64,000 nucleotides of DNA, from NCBI GenBank assembly GCA_011109175.1, contig RDEW01000026.1, positions 513,695 to 577,694 of the forward strand. The letters run 5' to 3'. The notes below the pieces were generated by a model, which saw nothing but the letters and a program-made list of their open reading frames with translations, ran no database searches and was not told the origin of the DNA. This DNA is from Dicyema japonicum (taxonomy: Eukaryota; Animalia; Dicyemida). This document shows, in pieces, positions 12,850 through 27,023 of the stretch. The position numbers and the translations under genes were made by a program. Every line of letters begins with the position of its first letter. The first letter of the stretch is position 1.

Positions 12850-14246
12850 TAGGGCGATTTTTGTCAATAAAGTCAAAAATTCATGTTCTTTAAAATTGTT
12901 TAAAACTTATTAAAATGTAATTTTTATTCAAAAATATTGTATAAAGTCAAAATTTAATTTTTAGGTCAATAAAGTCAAAATTTTATTGATTAATTTTTTA
13001 GAGGTTTTAAATAAAATACTAATGTTTCGTCAACTGCTGTTCCTCGTTCAATCAGGAAGGTCGTTGAAAAGGTTGACTGTTATTAGAAAATATGTCCTCC
13101 GAAACAAAGCTTTTTGTTGAATATTTCATCAATGAAACATTTCAAACTAGCAAGTCATTTTTATTACTATTTCACAGGTGATAATGTAAAAATATCTGAT
13201 TTTCTCATTCCATCTACTCTAGGCTCATATGGTCACTAATGCTTACTCTGATATGATTTTCTTTGCATAAGTTGAACATTAAAGTTTACAAAACTTGTTT
13301 GAGGGTATTGAAAATAGTTTTAATTTCTTCAATGCGTAGTTTAGAACATTTACGGGTATCTACCAAAAATAATTCTGGTCATACGGAGTTGTCTTGAAGT
13401 TGTTGAACATTATTGTAAATCTTTATTTAAGTAAAAAATATATTATTCAAGCACAAACTTTTTTAAATCGGTTCAGACACCTGGAGCAGCTGCTTCAACT
13501 GCGGAAAACCTAAAAATTAAGAAATATTCTTGTCTCGGAGACGGTACCAATTTACTCCTGTTGTGGTCGAGTTCATCAGGAGTGACGCGAACTCGGAGGA
13601 ATGCTTGCCAGAATAAAGGGATCAACGAGAAGAGTTCTGGCTGAGACAAAGGATTGGAGTGGCCATACTCCGAGAATACTCGTTCGCGATCCACGCAGAA
13701 GGCTTTTTCAATTAACATTTGTTTCTTTTTAAAAAAAATAACTATAATTTTTTTTGTAAAAATATAATTTTAATCAAAAGATGCTTGGAAGTATATATCA
13801 ATTAAATACGGATCAATTTATCTGCTATATTATGTCAATATTGGTTTATAAATTTATAAGGATGACAGGAAAAACTTACTTCACAGTTAAAGACCCAGTT
13901 TAGAATATTCAAAAAATGTATTTTAGTAACGATTTATGCGGAATAAAGAAGTATCTTGAATATATATTGTTTGTTAATAAGTTTATTGTATTACAAAAAT
14001 GGAAAAACAACATACTTATCAATGCATATACGACTATTTGAAAAAATCTCTTTCCACATCATTATTATTCACTAAAGATTTTTATTATTGTAAAATAATT
14101 ATCTAAATTTCAAAATTTTTAACCTAAAAACGTTTTGAAATATATTATTTTAATAAAGTTTTCGATTAGTTTTTTATATTTAAAAAATTTTTTTTCTAGA
14201 TAAGTTTGTCATAAAGTCAAAAATCGTCAAAATAAAAATCGCCCTA
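12850..14246. mobile_element. Non-autonomous hAT-type DNA transposon
   Basis: TIRs TAGGGCGATTTTT / AAAAATCGCCCTA, 8-bp TSD GTGATCAG (12842-12849, 14247-14254), subterminal gtcaaaaa repeats. Confidence 0.85.
13455..13725 (+). mobile_element. CRE-like 3' stub nested in the hAT element
   Basis: Homologous to 51930-52190 and 61825-61945 (PGAAAS.AE..K..KY, WLRQRIGVAI). Confidence 0.65.
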
Positions 14247-14429
14247 GTGATCAGCAATTAGAACCTATAACTACCTGTAAATCTGAAAGTTTGGGGACCA
14301 TTGTAATAAAAACTCGATAGGGATTATTTGGACATATATTGAGGATGGATCCTGCTCCTCACGCAAATGATATCATGGAACCATACTTCCTAAGCACCGG
14401 TCCAACTCGGGGCAGACCACGGATAACTT

Positions 14430-14940
14430 TTCTTTAACTTTAACAACATTATTAGCAAAGAAAATAAAAGAGGGAGTTATTTGGCCTGATGCCCCAAGTC
14501 CTGCAAACGCTTGGTCTCTTCTCTGCGCTATCAGACCCCTCTTATCGTTTATTCTGTGCTGCAACATACGACTCAATGATGACATCTCTTTTTAGGAAGT
14601 TTTCCATCTCATAGACATTACTAGCAAATTTTTATCTTTATCTAGCTTCTGGTCGAGCCTTCTTGTGTAACATGATCAATTTTGATGGATACGTGGAACA
14701 TATCTTTGAGAACTTCGAATAAAATTTCCGGGCCTTCTTTGAACATCCTAGCTTTGATGAAATTACTGCCCGGAGCTTTATTCTTGACAGCTCCTATTGC
14801 TATCTTCAGCTCTTCTAGAGAGATCTCTATAAATACTGTTTTCTCTGACCATGGTTCGTGACAAGTCTTCTCCACGATGCCATCATCGTCCACTTCAAAT
14901 ATCTTTTAAGTTGTGTCTCAAAAACTAGAGGTATTTCTTC
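14430..14940 (-). mobile_element. LINE RT N-terminal fragment
   Basis: ISLEELKIAI..KNKAPGSNFI...FK. Confidence 0.5.
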
Positions 14941-15119
14941 TTCAGCATAGTAGGACCACGGATAACACTTCCTCTGACCGTAAATAACGACCTAAAAATG
15001 CGACTGGAAAAACTTGATGACTCAAGATGATCAATCTCAAGAGGAGTGTGGAAACGTTTGACGGCAAAAAATTATGGCGACGTCAATTGATTAACTATAT
15101 TGTTGTGAATGTGCATTAT

Positions 15120-17490
15120 TATTACGGTCGAGCTGATGACGTGGCTCATAAAATGCAGTTTGAAAAACCTAGACTCAGTTGACTCTATTTTAACATCAGG
15201 GGGATCTCAAAGACATGGATGAGGAAAGTACTGTGAGATGATTTGAAGAATTACCGCATTGGATGCCTTCAAGAAACGAAGGTCTCTGATGGATGCTGTG
15301 AACGCTATGGAACCCTTGAACCAATTCTCTACCCCAGTGAATCAAAACATTAAGAACAAGGTTTCACTGTCCATAATATCGTTGTTCTGCAAATTTTCAA
15401 TTTTGAAAAGTCAATGACAGGATCAGTGCCCTGCAATTCAGGATGAAGACATGTGCCATTACAAAAGCTACGATCATTAACGTGTATACTCCACATAGTG
15501 GTAGATTTTTAAAAAACTCTTTTGAATCGAATGACTTGTACTGTCAATTATTAAGGACTTATCGTGATATTTATCGCCGGAGACTTTAACGCAAAAGTTG
15601 GGATATGACGCGATGGAGAGGAATCGTTCATCGGCAGACATGGAAAGGGGTGGAAAACATTCCGGGAGCATTACTTGATAAATTATAAGTGAATAATCTC
15701 TTTCTCGGAAACACTGCCTTTATACATCCAGCTCGCCACAGAAGTACATAAATAGTGACCTTAAAATGGTTGTTGGAAAGTTATGTTATGAGAAATATTA
15801 CATTGGCAGGAAGAACCCCAACCTAAACAAAGCTCCATCACCGTACCATACCCATGTATATATGACTAAAAAGCTCTGGTCTCAGCAGCTGATACACTAC
15901 CGACTAATATGACTATACAAGACCTATAGGCCCAGAATAGAAGCATTATTTGCCACACACACCTTGAAACATGTCACTGGGTCACCCAGACTCCTTATTA
16001 CTGTAAAAACAATAACGAGAAATATGGATACAGAGTCTAAATACGACGGATCAGCTCATCAAAAACAAACTTTGAGCTGAACGAAATTTTATCAAGAAAA
16101 GAATTATGAAGCTTATTAATGCACATTCAAATGATGTCTTTTTATCACACCTTAGAAAGCTGGAGCAACTAAAGGCACAAATGTTCGTTGCAGTCAGACT
16201 AATGCGAAAAAAGAAAAAAACAGCAGTACATGTTATGGATTGGAAAGAGAAATCAAAACCAGACGAACTGATCGAATTGATTGCTAGTCATTTTGAAAAA
16301 CTGCTCAATGCGAAAGGTCTGGTTCCTTTCATCGGAGAACCGCAGATGCTGGAAACAATTATCACATCTAAGGAGGTTCAGAGTTCTTGCAACAAGCTAA
16401 ATAATCAGAGGAGCGCTGGATCGGATAGCATCTCCCCGGAACTGCTGAAATATAGACCTATACGTCTCTTCGAAACCATTGCGACATCATTTAATGGAAT
16501 GTTTACGTCTAACTTGGTCCTACCCCTGAGAAAAAGGATATTATACAAAATCCTAACAAACCAAAGTGACTATTAGAAATCCAGTCATATTGTTAAACAT
16601 ATTACGAAAAGTTCTTTCATCTGTTGCTTTTAACTGCTTAAAATCCCAAATGAAGTCATAGCGGATTTCGCGAAAAGTCGACAGTAGACATTCTATGGAG
16701 CCATAGGTGGCAGTGTGCAACAGCTCTAAGATATAAAATTGCCGCGACCATCCTGGGGATCGATGTGTTAAGAGCTTTCGACACTATTAGCAGACACAAG
16801 CTAATGGATGTCCTAAAATAATTTGAGGACCAATCGTTGCATAGGATCGAGTACTGCTCTCTAGTACTGATCTGTCTGTCAGTCAGGATTGGAAGAACTA
16901 TATCCAGGCCTTTCAAAACTATTGCAGGAGTAGCAATGAAAAAAAACTCAAAAAAGGATGTCTGAAGGTACTTGATGTACGGATGCACATGTTTAGTGCA
17001 TTTGTGAATAATAACATATAATGTTAGTACTTGGGTCTGATCGATTGCAGAATCGATGACTATGTATGTGATTCACAGAAGACAGCTTAGAGTTTTATTT
17101 GGCATGCAGTGGCCTGCCAAGATCTCAAATGCTGGAAAATATAAAAAATGCAAGATTAGGCCTCTAAACCTGGACATTACTGACGCCCGGTGAAGACTGT
17201 TTGGAAACATTCTGCTTATGGATCTGGCTGTCCCAACAAATGTGGCGATAGAGGATCACTTCATGTTCGAGGGGAAATTCCTCCATGTCGACCAAGGATA
17301 CCACTCCCTATCATATTGCACAAAAACCTTCAAAGAGTAAGGAGATGCCTAAAGACGGGAGACAATCCGGAAAAGCTGATATCGATTTTGTGTAACCGTG
17401 GAGGATGGAAGAGGCTAACTAATAACCTTATTTTTTATGTTGCATAGCTATATCATTATGGCAAGACAATAAATGCTTATAATAATAAAT
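15120..17490 (+). mobile_element. RTE-like LINE, near full length with internal deletions, decayed
   Basis: FNIRG, LQETK, NVYTPH, IAGDFNAKVG, SAGSDSISPELLK, GIDVLRAFD; C-terminus RGGWKRLT. Confidence 0.75.
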
Positions 17491-17529
17491 TTAAAAACTA
17501 AGTTAACTGGCTGCTCTCAGAATAGAAAA

Positions 17530-18140
17530 CGCATTTCCCCTGACAATTTGCAAGGAAATGCGCTCAATGACCCAGCACATTTATTTTTTTCCTCCTTGCG
17601 ATAAGCGATCCGATACGGTTCAACAGAATTAGTGATCTTCTTACTATGAGGCATGATGTTTCTAGTTAAAATATGAACTGTCCACCGAGATATTCATATT
17701 TTTTCTTTAGCGTCTCAGCCTTTTCCGATGACGAGCTTCGGTTGGTTGCAGTCATTGCAAGATTTGAGGAAAAGAGGCTATCCACAAAGGTGGCGTCCAG
17801 GCGAGGTATCTACCAATTTTACAAATGAAGAAAGTTCAATTCTTTTGTTGGCTGGGGCCAGTCCGAAAGGCTCCAATTGAACAAGGAATCCAGCCGCTTC
17901 TGGTCCCCACGCAAGAACTCCGTTGATTGGACTGTGTCTTGGGCTCGTTCCAGCACTCCTACAGCAGAAGACCTTTGCGTCCTTCAGATCTACAGCGATG
18001 GAAAGCGCAAACATCAATTCTCATGTGGTCGTCATCCACTAGTATTCCAAGTGAGGTGCATGTTAATGCTCTGAGCCATCCAACACTCAAGTTCTTCGAC
18101 GCAGAAGCCAAGCGATGCTTGTCAAGTTCAGGTTTTATCT
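17530..18140 (-). mobile_element. CRE-like element C-terminal fragment
   Basis: SGAWLGTTP-like segment, EPFGL, VDTSPGRH, QGNA. Confidence 0.6.
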
Positions 18141-18219
18141 CATCTATGATTTTTGAGAGAAAAAAGCTTGTACTGTTGTTTGTTATGTCACATGCTCTAA
18201 TAGCTACTATGCGCTATAC

Positions 18220-19966
18220 CAGTAGTGGTTCTCAACCTTTTTTTAATCTCCCCCGCGAATTTTTTTCACCCCTCCAACTTTTTATCGCCCTTTATTTCAC
18301 AAGTCAAAAAGTTGTTACCACGAATATAAATTATTTAAGAAATATTTTTTTATTTAAAAATCATAGTTTTAATGAGATCCCTGTGGTTGATGAGTATTCA
18401 CAAGATTCTCTAAATTTCTTTTTTTTTCGTAAGTGCAATCCTTATATCTCCTCATTCTTGTACATTTATTTTGTTTCGTATTTTCCCGATGACATTGTTG
18501 AGAGTGCTAATTTCTACGCAATATGAAGTCGGAAAACATAAAATGATTGGAGTCATTTTACCCATAATTTCGGACTTTTATCTTGCAGGAACAAATCAAA
18601 TTCTTCCTCTAATTTTAAAAAAATCAACGATGGAATCGAATAATTTTACAAATCGTTCAAACAATTTCCTTTGGATGACTTTACTTCAGTATGCAAAAGT
18701 AATCGAACATAATCCTCAGCTTGATCAATACAATATTCTCTGTTCTTTCTGCTTCGTTACTGACAGACTCGAGGCCTCTTCCAAATTTATTTCTTAGAAG
18801 ATAAAGTCTTTCTTTGTTTTCCGGTTTCAAGTGGATGTGGCTATCCAAAAGAATTCTGCGGATATTTTTATCGATCTGTTTATTTTTTATTTAATAACCC
18901 CGAAAAATGAACACCAAGAAAGAAGAATTAAACCAACTAATTAAGTGATCCCGGTACGCCTCAACAGGATCGAGAAGTTTTTCCTGTGTCTTACAGAGTA
19001 CCCACGGCTTTCCTGAATAGACGACGATCATCTTTCATTAGAATTTGAAGAGGGGTGGGTTTTTTCCCCAAATTTCGTGTATTTGAAGCCTCTAGCCTTG
19101 AATGGAAAGATCGACTTGTTTCTTGACCACACAGACCGATGAGGCAGGAGCCGTTATTTTTAATTGCGGCGTGGTCAATCATTGGGGGAAAATAAAAAAA
19201 ACGAAAATATCGGGGGGTAGATTTGTTAGACGTGCAAGTTTGCCTGTTAGGGAGTTGATCTTGTATGAATTGAATATTGAAGCTCCATAGGCACAAGCAT
19301 TCTCTACCGTCGGTTTTAGAAGTTGGTTGAACAAGACGACAGCGCATTCCAGTGACGGCCTGGACTTTAAGAGTGGTTTGATTATTTAGTTTTCTTTGTT
19401 ATGACGTTTTTCACGTGTTGAGAAAATGTCACCAAAGGGTCGAAAATCACTCCCAGAATAGTTGGATGAATCTGTAATGGTAAAGAGTCTCCATAAATGT
19501 TCAGATCCAGTGTATGTTTTTCTTTTCTGTCTGTGGTTAAGATTGTATACGTTGATTTATCCCTGGATATGGAGAAACGATTTAAATTCAACCAGGCTTA
19601 CAGGACATCAATATGTGACTGAAGCTCTGATTTTGCCATATCCACGTATTTGTCCTGCTAGCGATAATTAAGTCGTCAGCATATGTGAGAAGCATTGAAT
19701 CTGGTCCTTCAGGACAGGGTAAATCGTTTAGGAATAAATTAAATAACGCCGGTGAAGGGGGCGATCCTTGAGGGACGCCATTTGGTAGGAGACGGGACCT
19801 CGATCTTGCGTGGCCTATACAGACACGTCCGATCTGTTCAAGTTCTGACGACTCGATATCAATCAATCCAATGTAATTATAATATAAATGTTATAATTTT
19901 AATATAATGTAAATAATATAAGACCGTCTATAATTTTTCATATGAGCTCTTCGTTGAGAACCACTG
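18220..19966. mobile_element. Non-autonomous Buster-type hAT element
   Basis: TIRs CAGT(AGT)GGTTCTCAAC / GTTGAGAACCACTG; 8-bp TSD CGCTATAC with central TA (18212-18219, 19967-19974); hAT C-terminal remnant near 18470-18800. Confidence 0.85.
18865..19866 (-). mobile_element. 5'-truncated Ingi-like LINE nested in the hAT element
   Basis: GVPQGSPPSP, YADD, PTILGVIFD; GIT* end and A-rich tail. Confidence 0.8.
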
Positions 19967-19974
19967 CGCTATAC

Positions 19975-20190
19975 GTTAAATATCGATTTTGGGAATTTGC
20001 TTAAGTCATCATTGCACTCGGGCTCACAGTGAGAATTACTGAAGATTTGAAAAGGATGAAATACCAAGACATCGGGGATCGGTTCGCTTTCCAGCCGATC
20101 TATGTTGAGACGTCTGGGGTTATGGCCCGAGCACGTCTGAGTTTATCAGGTTAATCGGAATGCTTGAAGGGGTTGCAGTAGGGTGAGCCT
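19975..20190 (+). mobile_element. CRE-like endonuclease fragment
   Basis: KYQDIGDRFAFQPIYVETSG. Confidence 0.55.
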
Positions 20191-20259
20191 AGAATGCAGA
20201 ACATTAATAACATAGAGATGTAAGGTGGACAATTTTACTTAATATGAATTGGTAATAAA

Positions 20260-21658
20260 TCAAAAAGAAATACGAAATATTAGTAATAATCTATTAATCC
20301 TCATAAACTGATGAATCCTTATTATGAGAAGTGTGAGAGGCTGTAATAAGAATAGGATAAATAACAAGAAATAATAGAATGAGAATAAATACAGAATCTG
20401 AAATGTCCTAATAATAATCAAAATAATGCAAACTTTGTAGAACAAGGTAACATTTTCTAGAAAATAAACTGTAAATGAGCTAAAAGAAGAAAAAAAACAA
20501 AAATAAAGGAATAGTGGATTCTAATAATAAATAAAATAAATACAATGTCGAATCTTTCAAACAGGGTGTGAATCATAATTCCCTCAGCGATAATACACTA
20601 GCAAATAAATAAATCTACTAAACAGAAATTCCAAACGAAATGAATATTAATGAGTCATTAAAAAGCCCAATATTAATTATTATTATGGACAAGCCAGCCA
20701 TTAGTCCAAATACTATGAGGAAGCTTCTCATTAATTTAATTTTTACAGTCAAATTTTGATTTCTTACTATGAAACAAATATACTTTAAATATTCAAAAAT
20801 TTGCAAAACAATAAGAACCGTAACTCCATTTATAATCAGAAAATTAAGAAACTGAAATGAATAGACCTATAATATAAACAAAGTATAACATTATGCTTCC
20901 AATATCGACTTTGTATAACTGTTTGATAAATAGTTGCTGGCAAAGTGTGGAATGATAAGACCAACAATGCCACAATCAAATATGAATGCTTAATATAAAA
21001 TTTGAAATAACTTTTAGGTTGATTACTATTTTCTTTTGTGCCATGGAAACGATAGTTAAAATCAAGAACTATAAGTAAAATAATAAAATACCATTACTCC
21101 ACATGTTAAACCAAGTATTCGATCAGTATTTTCCTTTTGGATGAAATAAATCATCAAAATACTGATTAATAACTCCAACAATAAAAATAATTCAATTGTA
21201 TATTTATAAATGCTATTTTTTAATTTAATAAATCTAAAATATTTTATTTATATACGTTCTATGTATTGTATGCTTGGATGTACTCTGAAAGCCCGAGTAG
21301 CACTTGTTGAGTCTCTCATAAGTATCAGTATTATTGTAATATCCAAAAGACAATTCTATAATTTATTTATTATTATTACCTATGCTTGGAGTGTTTTCTT
21401 GCAAATTGTCATTAAAACTTATATTTAAAGATATCAATTACCTTTCTCGACATTTGTAACTTAAAATTTATTAAAATAATACTCTATGTTTTCATATTGA
21501 CTATTATTATTCAATATATTTTCAGATTCATTTAAACTTTTATAGTTTATATTATAAATTACCACAATTGGTCTACTGATGTTGGCTCATCAATTATTAA
21601 AGATTGTCTAAAGTTATTTGTTTTATTACCTGGTTTCTGAATCTTTCTCAATATCCAT
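20260..21658 (-). CDS. Unknown multi-pass membrane protein with at least 11 tiny introns
   Basis: Removing GT-AG introns of 22, 26, 23, 24, 24, 22, 23, 23, 23, 26 and 23 nt gives a continuous frame MDIEKDSETRQSLIIDEPTSVDQLCLNESEN...IELFLLLELLISILMIYF...VALLVLSFHTLPATIYQ...; the 3' end is uncertain. Confidence 0.75.
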
Positions 21659-22854
21659 TTACTATAAAGTGTGTTAAATTCATTTATATAACACCAATTG
21701 CGTACTATATAGAATTACTTTACGTTCATGGTTTTTTAATATTTACTATAATCCATCCTCATAGTTCTTTCAATCTTGGACAGGATGTGATTAGAACCTG
21801 GATCATCCGTTTGTTTGGGTTTCCAATGTCTTAAAGTCAATCATCCATGCTCATGCAAAGCAAAAAGACAAAGAGTCATCATTTCATACTATAGTAGCTT
21901 ACTTTCAATCAACAATATAATAATAGTTTTTAATTTTTGAGCGATAATAAGCCAGTTTGTTTTCAACCTCTGAGATTTAAGATCACTTTCCTTCCCTGAT
22001 CTTTGATAGTTTAAAGGAAGAGGATGATTGTGAGGGATTTACAATAGTAAAAGGGAACTCAGTCTCAACTTCGAGAGCTGTTTAATAATTAATTAAAATA
22101 TTGTTAATAAACAAGATTCTATTTCTTTGTGACGTAATTATATAATGTTCACATAAAAATGTGAAAAATGTTACTAAAGTCAATGAAGTCTCACTTGGAA
22201 CAACAAATAGAACAATAACCTTTGTGAACGTCTATGTGCCCCCACCTCGTTCTTGCCCGAAGCACTACACTATGCCCAATTTATCTACTTTGGCTTCCTT
22301 GAAGGACGTGATCATTGGCTAGGATATCAATGCCAAACACCCTCTATGGCTGGCAAGTCAACCGTCCCACTCAAGAGGAAAAGTACTACTTTCGCAGACA
22401 GGACCTTTCACGGTCATGAATGACCCGTCAAAACATACGATAACCCCCTTTTTTTAACTAACTTCTACAGACATCACGCATTGTTCTCCCGGCCTGGCGG
22501 CAATGTCGACTTGGTCAGTCACTTACAACTCAAGAAGTGACCATAATGCGATTTTTTTGAAAATCAAGAAAGAAACGTCAACTAGGAGGAGGTCCCCAGA
22601 ACAATTCAACTACAAACGCGCAGACTGGAGACTTTACCGTACACTTACTGACAACCTACTGCAGTACCTGGATGGCATTACTTCCATGGACAAACTAGTC
22701 GCTTATGTAAACCGCACTATCTTGGATGCGAGATCACTATCTGTACCTAAACACCACCTTAACTACACCAGGGGATATGGCAGGTCGGCATTAACCAAGG
22801 AAAGAAACAAACTCAAAAAGTCTGGCCGATTAACTACTGAGGATAAGTTTAGAC

Positions 22855-24910
22855 CAGTGGTTCTCAACCTTTAAAAAAGACGTCGCGGTCCTCTTTTATT
22901 TTTTAATTGCTCGCGGTCCTTCATTAAAATAGTGAATTAACATTTTAACAAAAACAAAAATTAGTGCAAAATTAAATTATGATTATTAATGAGATGGATG
23001 CACCTGTTTGGCCATCACCAGTTTTTCTAAGTCTGGTTGTGTCTTGGACAATGCAACCCTCATGTCATTTGACACATCCAATCTATTGCGGAATTTTGAT
23101 TTGATGGTAGGTAGTGCTGATAACGCTGTCTCACACTCATATGTAGTTGCAAATGGAATAAGCACTGTAAGTCTTTGCCAATTCTGAATAGGAATCAGCC
23201 ATTTGAATCCAAAAATCGCTTTGGGAAACTTCGTTGAAAACGTGTTTTGCATATCCATCATTAAACAAATCGATAAATTGTTCCTGAATTATATGGTTTT
23301 CAGAAGGGAGATCCTTAACTGAAATTACAAATGAGTTGCTGAGAAAACGATGGTACTTATCAAATTCAGAAATATGAAAAAAATATTTAAAAATTTATAA
23401 ATATCTAAAAAATACCTAGAAATTTCTTTAATAATAAATGTTGTTTCATCACATCAATGCTGTAGTTATGCAAACTTCATTTTCATCAATATATTTAGAT
23501 GTGGAAATGGCACAAAGTTGTAACTATTTAATTTCGAATTCCACAGTTCTAGTTTCATTTTGAAACCAGTCATTTTTTCATGGCAATGGAAGACTGTGGT
23601 CTCTCTTGCAGTTGTAAATTAACAAAACTCACAGATTCAAATATATCCATCAAAAATGCCAATAAAGTCAAAAAAACGGGTATCAGAAAATTTTTCGTGC
23701 AGTTTTGATTTGACGTCTTTGAGAAATTCGTGTATTTCTTTTCGTAGTATAAATACTCTCTTCAATACTTTTCCTTTTGAAAGCCATCTCACATGTGAAT
23801 GCAACAAAAGTCTCAAATTCAGAGTCATTTTCTTTGCATAACTCAGCAAATAGACGAGAATTGAGTGCTTTGGCTTTAATATAGTTTATCGTTTTAATAT
23901 GACAATCATGACATTTTTCAAATCGTCAGGCATGGTTTTCATCATCAATGCATGACGGTGGATCGTGCAATAGCATCTGGGGATTTTTCCTTGACTAAAG
24001 TTTGAAATCTGGAACGGCAACCAAACATTACTGGTCTATGCACACACCAATTAAATTATTCCAATTGATGCCATGCACTTCAAAAAATCTGTCAAGTTTA
24101 TCAAATATATCCCTGGCGGTTGTACTAGTTCTGAGAGTTTCACAAAACAAGAATTCATCTTCAAAGTGCTTGTCATGTATATAACGAACATATAAGCATA
24201 ATTGAGATAAGTTGGCGATATCCGTGCTTTCATCAATTTGGATAGCAAAAAAATGGAACATTGAATTTTTAATCTTCGCGATTACAATGGACATTAATAT
24301 TCTCGTGAGATCATTTATTCTTCTACTAACAGTATCATTGGAAAGTGAGATATGCTTCAGAATATGAAGTTCAGAACTTCCTAACATGTTGGAAATGATA
24401 TCTCTGCAACAAGGTATTATCAATTGTTCTCCGATGGTGTGCGATTTTTTCACAGAAGCAATTTTCATACTAATTAGATAAGAAGCTTTCAAACCGGATG
24501 AAATATTTGGGATAATATTCCAGATTGATCAAATCTGGAATTGATCAATTTTTGGGCTTTGAATTTGAAGAAATCAACACCTTTTTGTGTTGAACTAAGA
24601 TGTTTGGATTCGATATGCCTCCTTAACTTGCTTGGCTTAAGTGAAGTAGACGCCAAAACCTCAGAACACAGGACACATTGTGGTTTTAATTTACTTTCAG
24701 AAGTTATCAGACTGAATCCATATTTGATATATGTTTTTTATTCATTGAATTATTTGAACAAAACAATCCTACAAGGATAAAATTGAGCACGTACTTTTTA
24801 AAATTTAATTCAAAATAATTTTAAAAAATATAATATAAAAGTAGACTAATATATAATTACTAAAGATTGTTCCGCGGTCCTTTTTCCGGACCCCAGTTTG
24901 AGAAACACTG
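22855..24910 (-). mobile_element. Buster/Charlie-type hAT transposon, frameshifted transposase
   Basis: TIRs CAGTGGTTCTCAA / TTGAGAAACACTG; TSD GTTTAGAC (22847-22854, 24911-24918); KSHTIGE.LI, SLSNDTV.RRI, FAIQIDESTD, VRWLSKG, PFATTYECE. Confidence 0.92.
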
Positions 24911-26424
24911 GTTTAGACTGAAGGCTTTGAACAATTAACTAAAAAACAGGGAGGTAAAAGCACAAATATCAAGATGGAAGCATGTGTTCTCCTCGTTGAA
25001 TAGAAATAGACCCACTACTGAAATTTGGAATACCATCCGAGACGCCTCGAGAGAGAATGAAAGATCGTCCGAGGTGGATCACAGCCAAAAGGACTTAAAT
25101 AACCTAATAAAATACTATGTGAAAATATCCCGTAAAGACCATAAGACGTCAGATGTGTCCCCGAAATATCTCAGTAAACTGAAAAAGGAACCGGATATGA
25201 TTCACTTCACTAGAACGATGTGAGAAATGTATTGAAAGCTATTAAAACAACCTATTCTAACCGACAGGATAAGATCCCAATGATCCTCTTAAAAAACCTT
25301 GGGGACTATGGAATCGCTGCATTAACGATGATATTCAACCACTCCATTAACAAAAATTTTATTCCAATTTTATGGAAGCTTGTCCACCTACGTCCAATTT
25401 TGAAATTTGGTAAAGTGAAGAAGGACTCAGCTTCATACAGACCGGTCGCGTTATTGTGTTCAGTGTCTAAAATTCTGGAAAGGCTGGTTCTTGCAAAAAT
25501 CGAAAATTTCCTTTCTCATTTGTCACTTCAACATGGTTTTAAAAAAGGCGAGGTCTACTTCGACCCACTTATCTGCATTGACTAACTTTATACGATATGG
25601 TTTCTCGCACAGGCCGGGACACATGAAGACTGTACTTTGCTTTGTGTCAAGGAGGATTCTTACTTGGAAAATTTACCGAACAAAAATCCCTGGTTAGCTA
25701 ACTTCCTTAGTGGTCGAATGGGACGCGTCTGCATTGGCCAGTCAAGGTCTATTTCACGGCTTCTCCCTAATGGGGTTCCACTAAGATCTCCTTTGTCTCC
25801 ATTCAACCTATTCATGGCGGACCTCCCCACTCCGATCAGGACATCTAAATTGCCACTTCGACATTGCAAGAAAACCTGGACCGTTTTGACGAATGGCTAT
25901 CGAAGAATCGCCTAAATGCCAGCAGTGAAAAGTCCGTCACAACCCTATTTACTTCAGACAAGAGACTGGGAAGACGGACGGTCGATCTGAAGGCAAACAA
26001 TAAAGCTATTCCTTTCAGAAAATCCCAAAGGATCCCCATGTTGAAAACGTAATTACAAAATGCGAAAAGAAAACTAATGTTCTGAAATGCCTCACAAGGA
26101 TTCTGTTTTGATCTCTGTATATAAACAATTCATTGAACCATGCATCTCATATGAATGTGGTATATGGGCCCACTCATTTCTTGGATGAATGTCTTAAAGA
26201 TCGAGGCTAGCCGGAAAAGAGCCTCCAAAATCATGGAACACTGGATTTCTTGAGAGTTCCAGCTACCATTGCGAGTTAAAGCCTCGATATGAATAAACCA
26301 TAGAACGCGCTGTCGTGACTGCAGAGGACAAGTCACTCGACCGATATGTGCTTGTGTGGGGACGAAGGATGAGCATCGGGCGAAGATGAGGTCCCTTCTA
26401 GTGCGTGGTGGGATCACGTGATTA

Positions 26425-26813
26425 TTATTATTTATTATTTTATTTAATAACCCCGAGAAGGGAACACTAAGAAGGAGTAAACCAACTAATTAAGTGATCC
26501 CGGTACACCTCAAAAGGATCGAGAGGTTTTTCTTGTGTTCCTCCAGAGTACCAACGGCTCCACGGCTCTTGAATAGAAGAAACGACTTGTCTCATGACCA
26601 CACAGACCGATGAAACTGAGCCGTTGTTTTTGATTGAGGCGTGGTCAAGCATTGGGGGAAAAGATCGGGAGGTAGATTTGTTAGACGTGCAAATTTGCCT
26701 ATTAAGGAATTGATTATGTATAAATTGGATATTGAAACTCCATAAGCCCATGAGGCACAAGCATACTCTACCGTCGGTTTTAAAAGTTGATTTTACAAGA
26801 CGACAGCGCATTC
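26425..26813 (-). mobile_element. 5'-truncated Ingi-like LINE
   Basis: 8-bp TSD CGTGATTA (26417-26424, 26814-26821), (TAA)n tail; same subfamily as 18865-19350. Confidence 0.85.
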
Positions 26814-27023
26814 CGTGATTAGTTAGTTTAATTTGTCCGAGATATGAATAGAAACCTTCCCCATTGTGGAGATTAATCAAGGACATGAGGATATTGCATA
26901 TTCTTAATGATAAATTATGAGTGGAAGCTTTGATTAATAAAATTGAATGACCTAATTATTAAATAATTTAACGTTTCCGTGTATGTTATAAATTTATGCA
27001 TTCGCAAAATTTTATTGATTGAA

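Larger units (their letters stand above)
11880..14420 (+). mobile_element. RTE-like LINE RT and C-terminus, interrupted by a hAT element
   Basis: IDLSRAFDTVRRDKL, LLFVVYLEADL, YVDD; reading continues across TSD gtgatcag. Confidence 0.75.
22150..26850 (+). mobile_element. Ingi-like LINE (5'-truncated in APE), interrupted by a hAT element and a second LINE
   Basis: NVYVPP, DINAKH, SDHNAI, SYRPVALL, GVPLRSPLSP; ends RGGIT*; 3'UTR resumes after 26821. Confidence 0.8.

Noticed and set aside
15133-15165. CTGATGA...GAAA at an RTE 5' end as a hammerhead ribozyme
   Set aside because: No stem II pairing between the two core segments.
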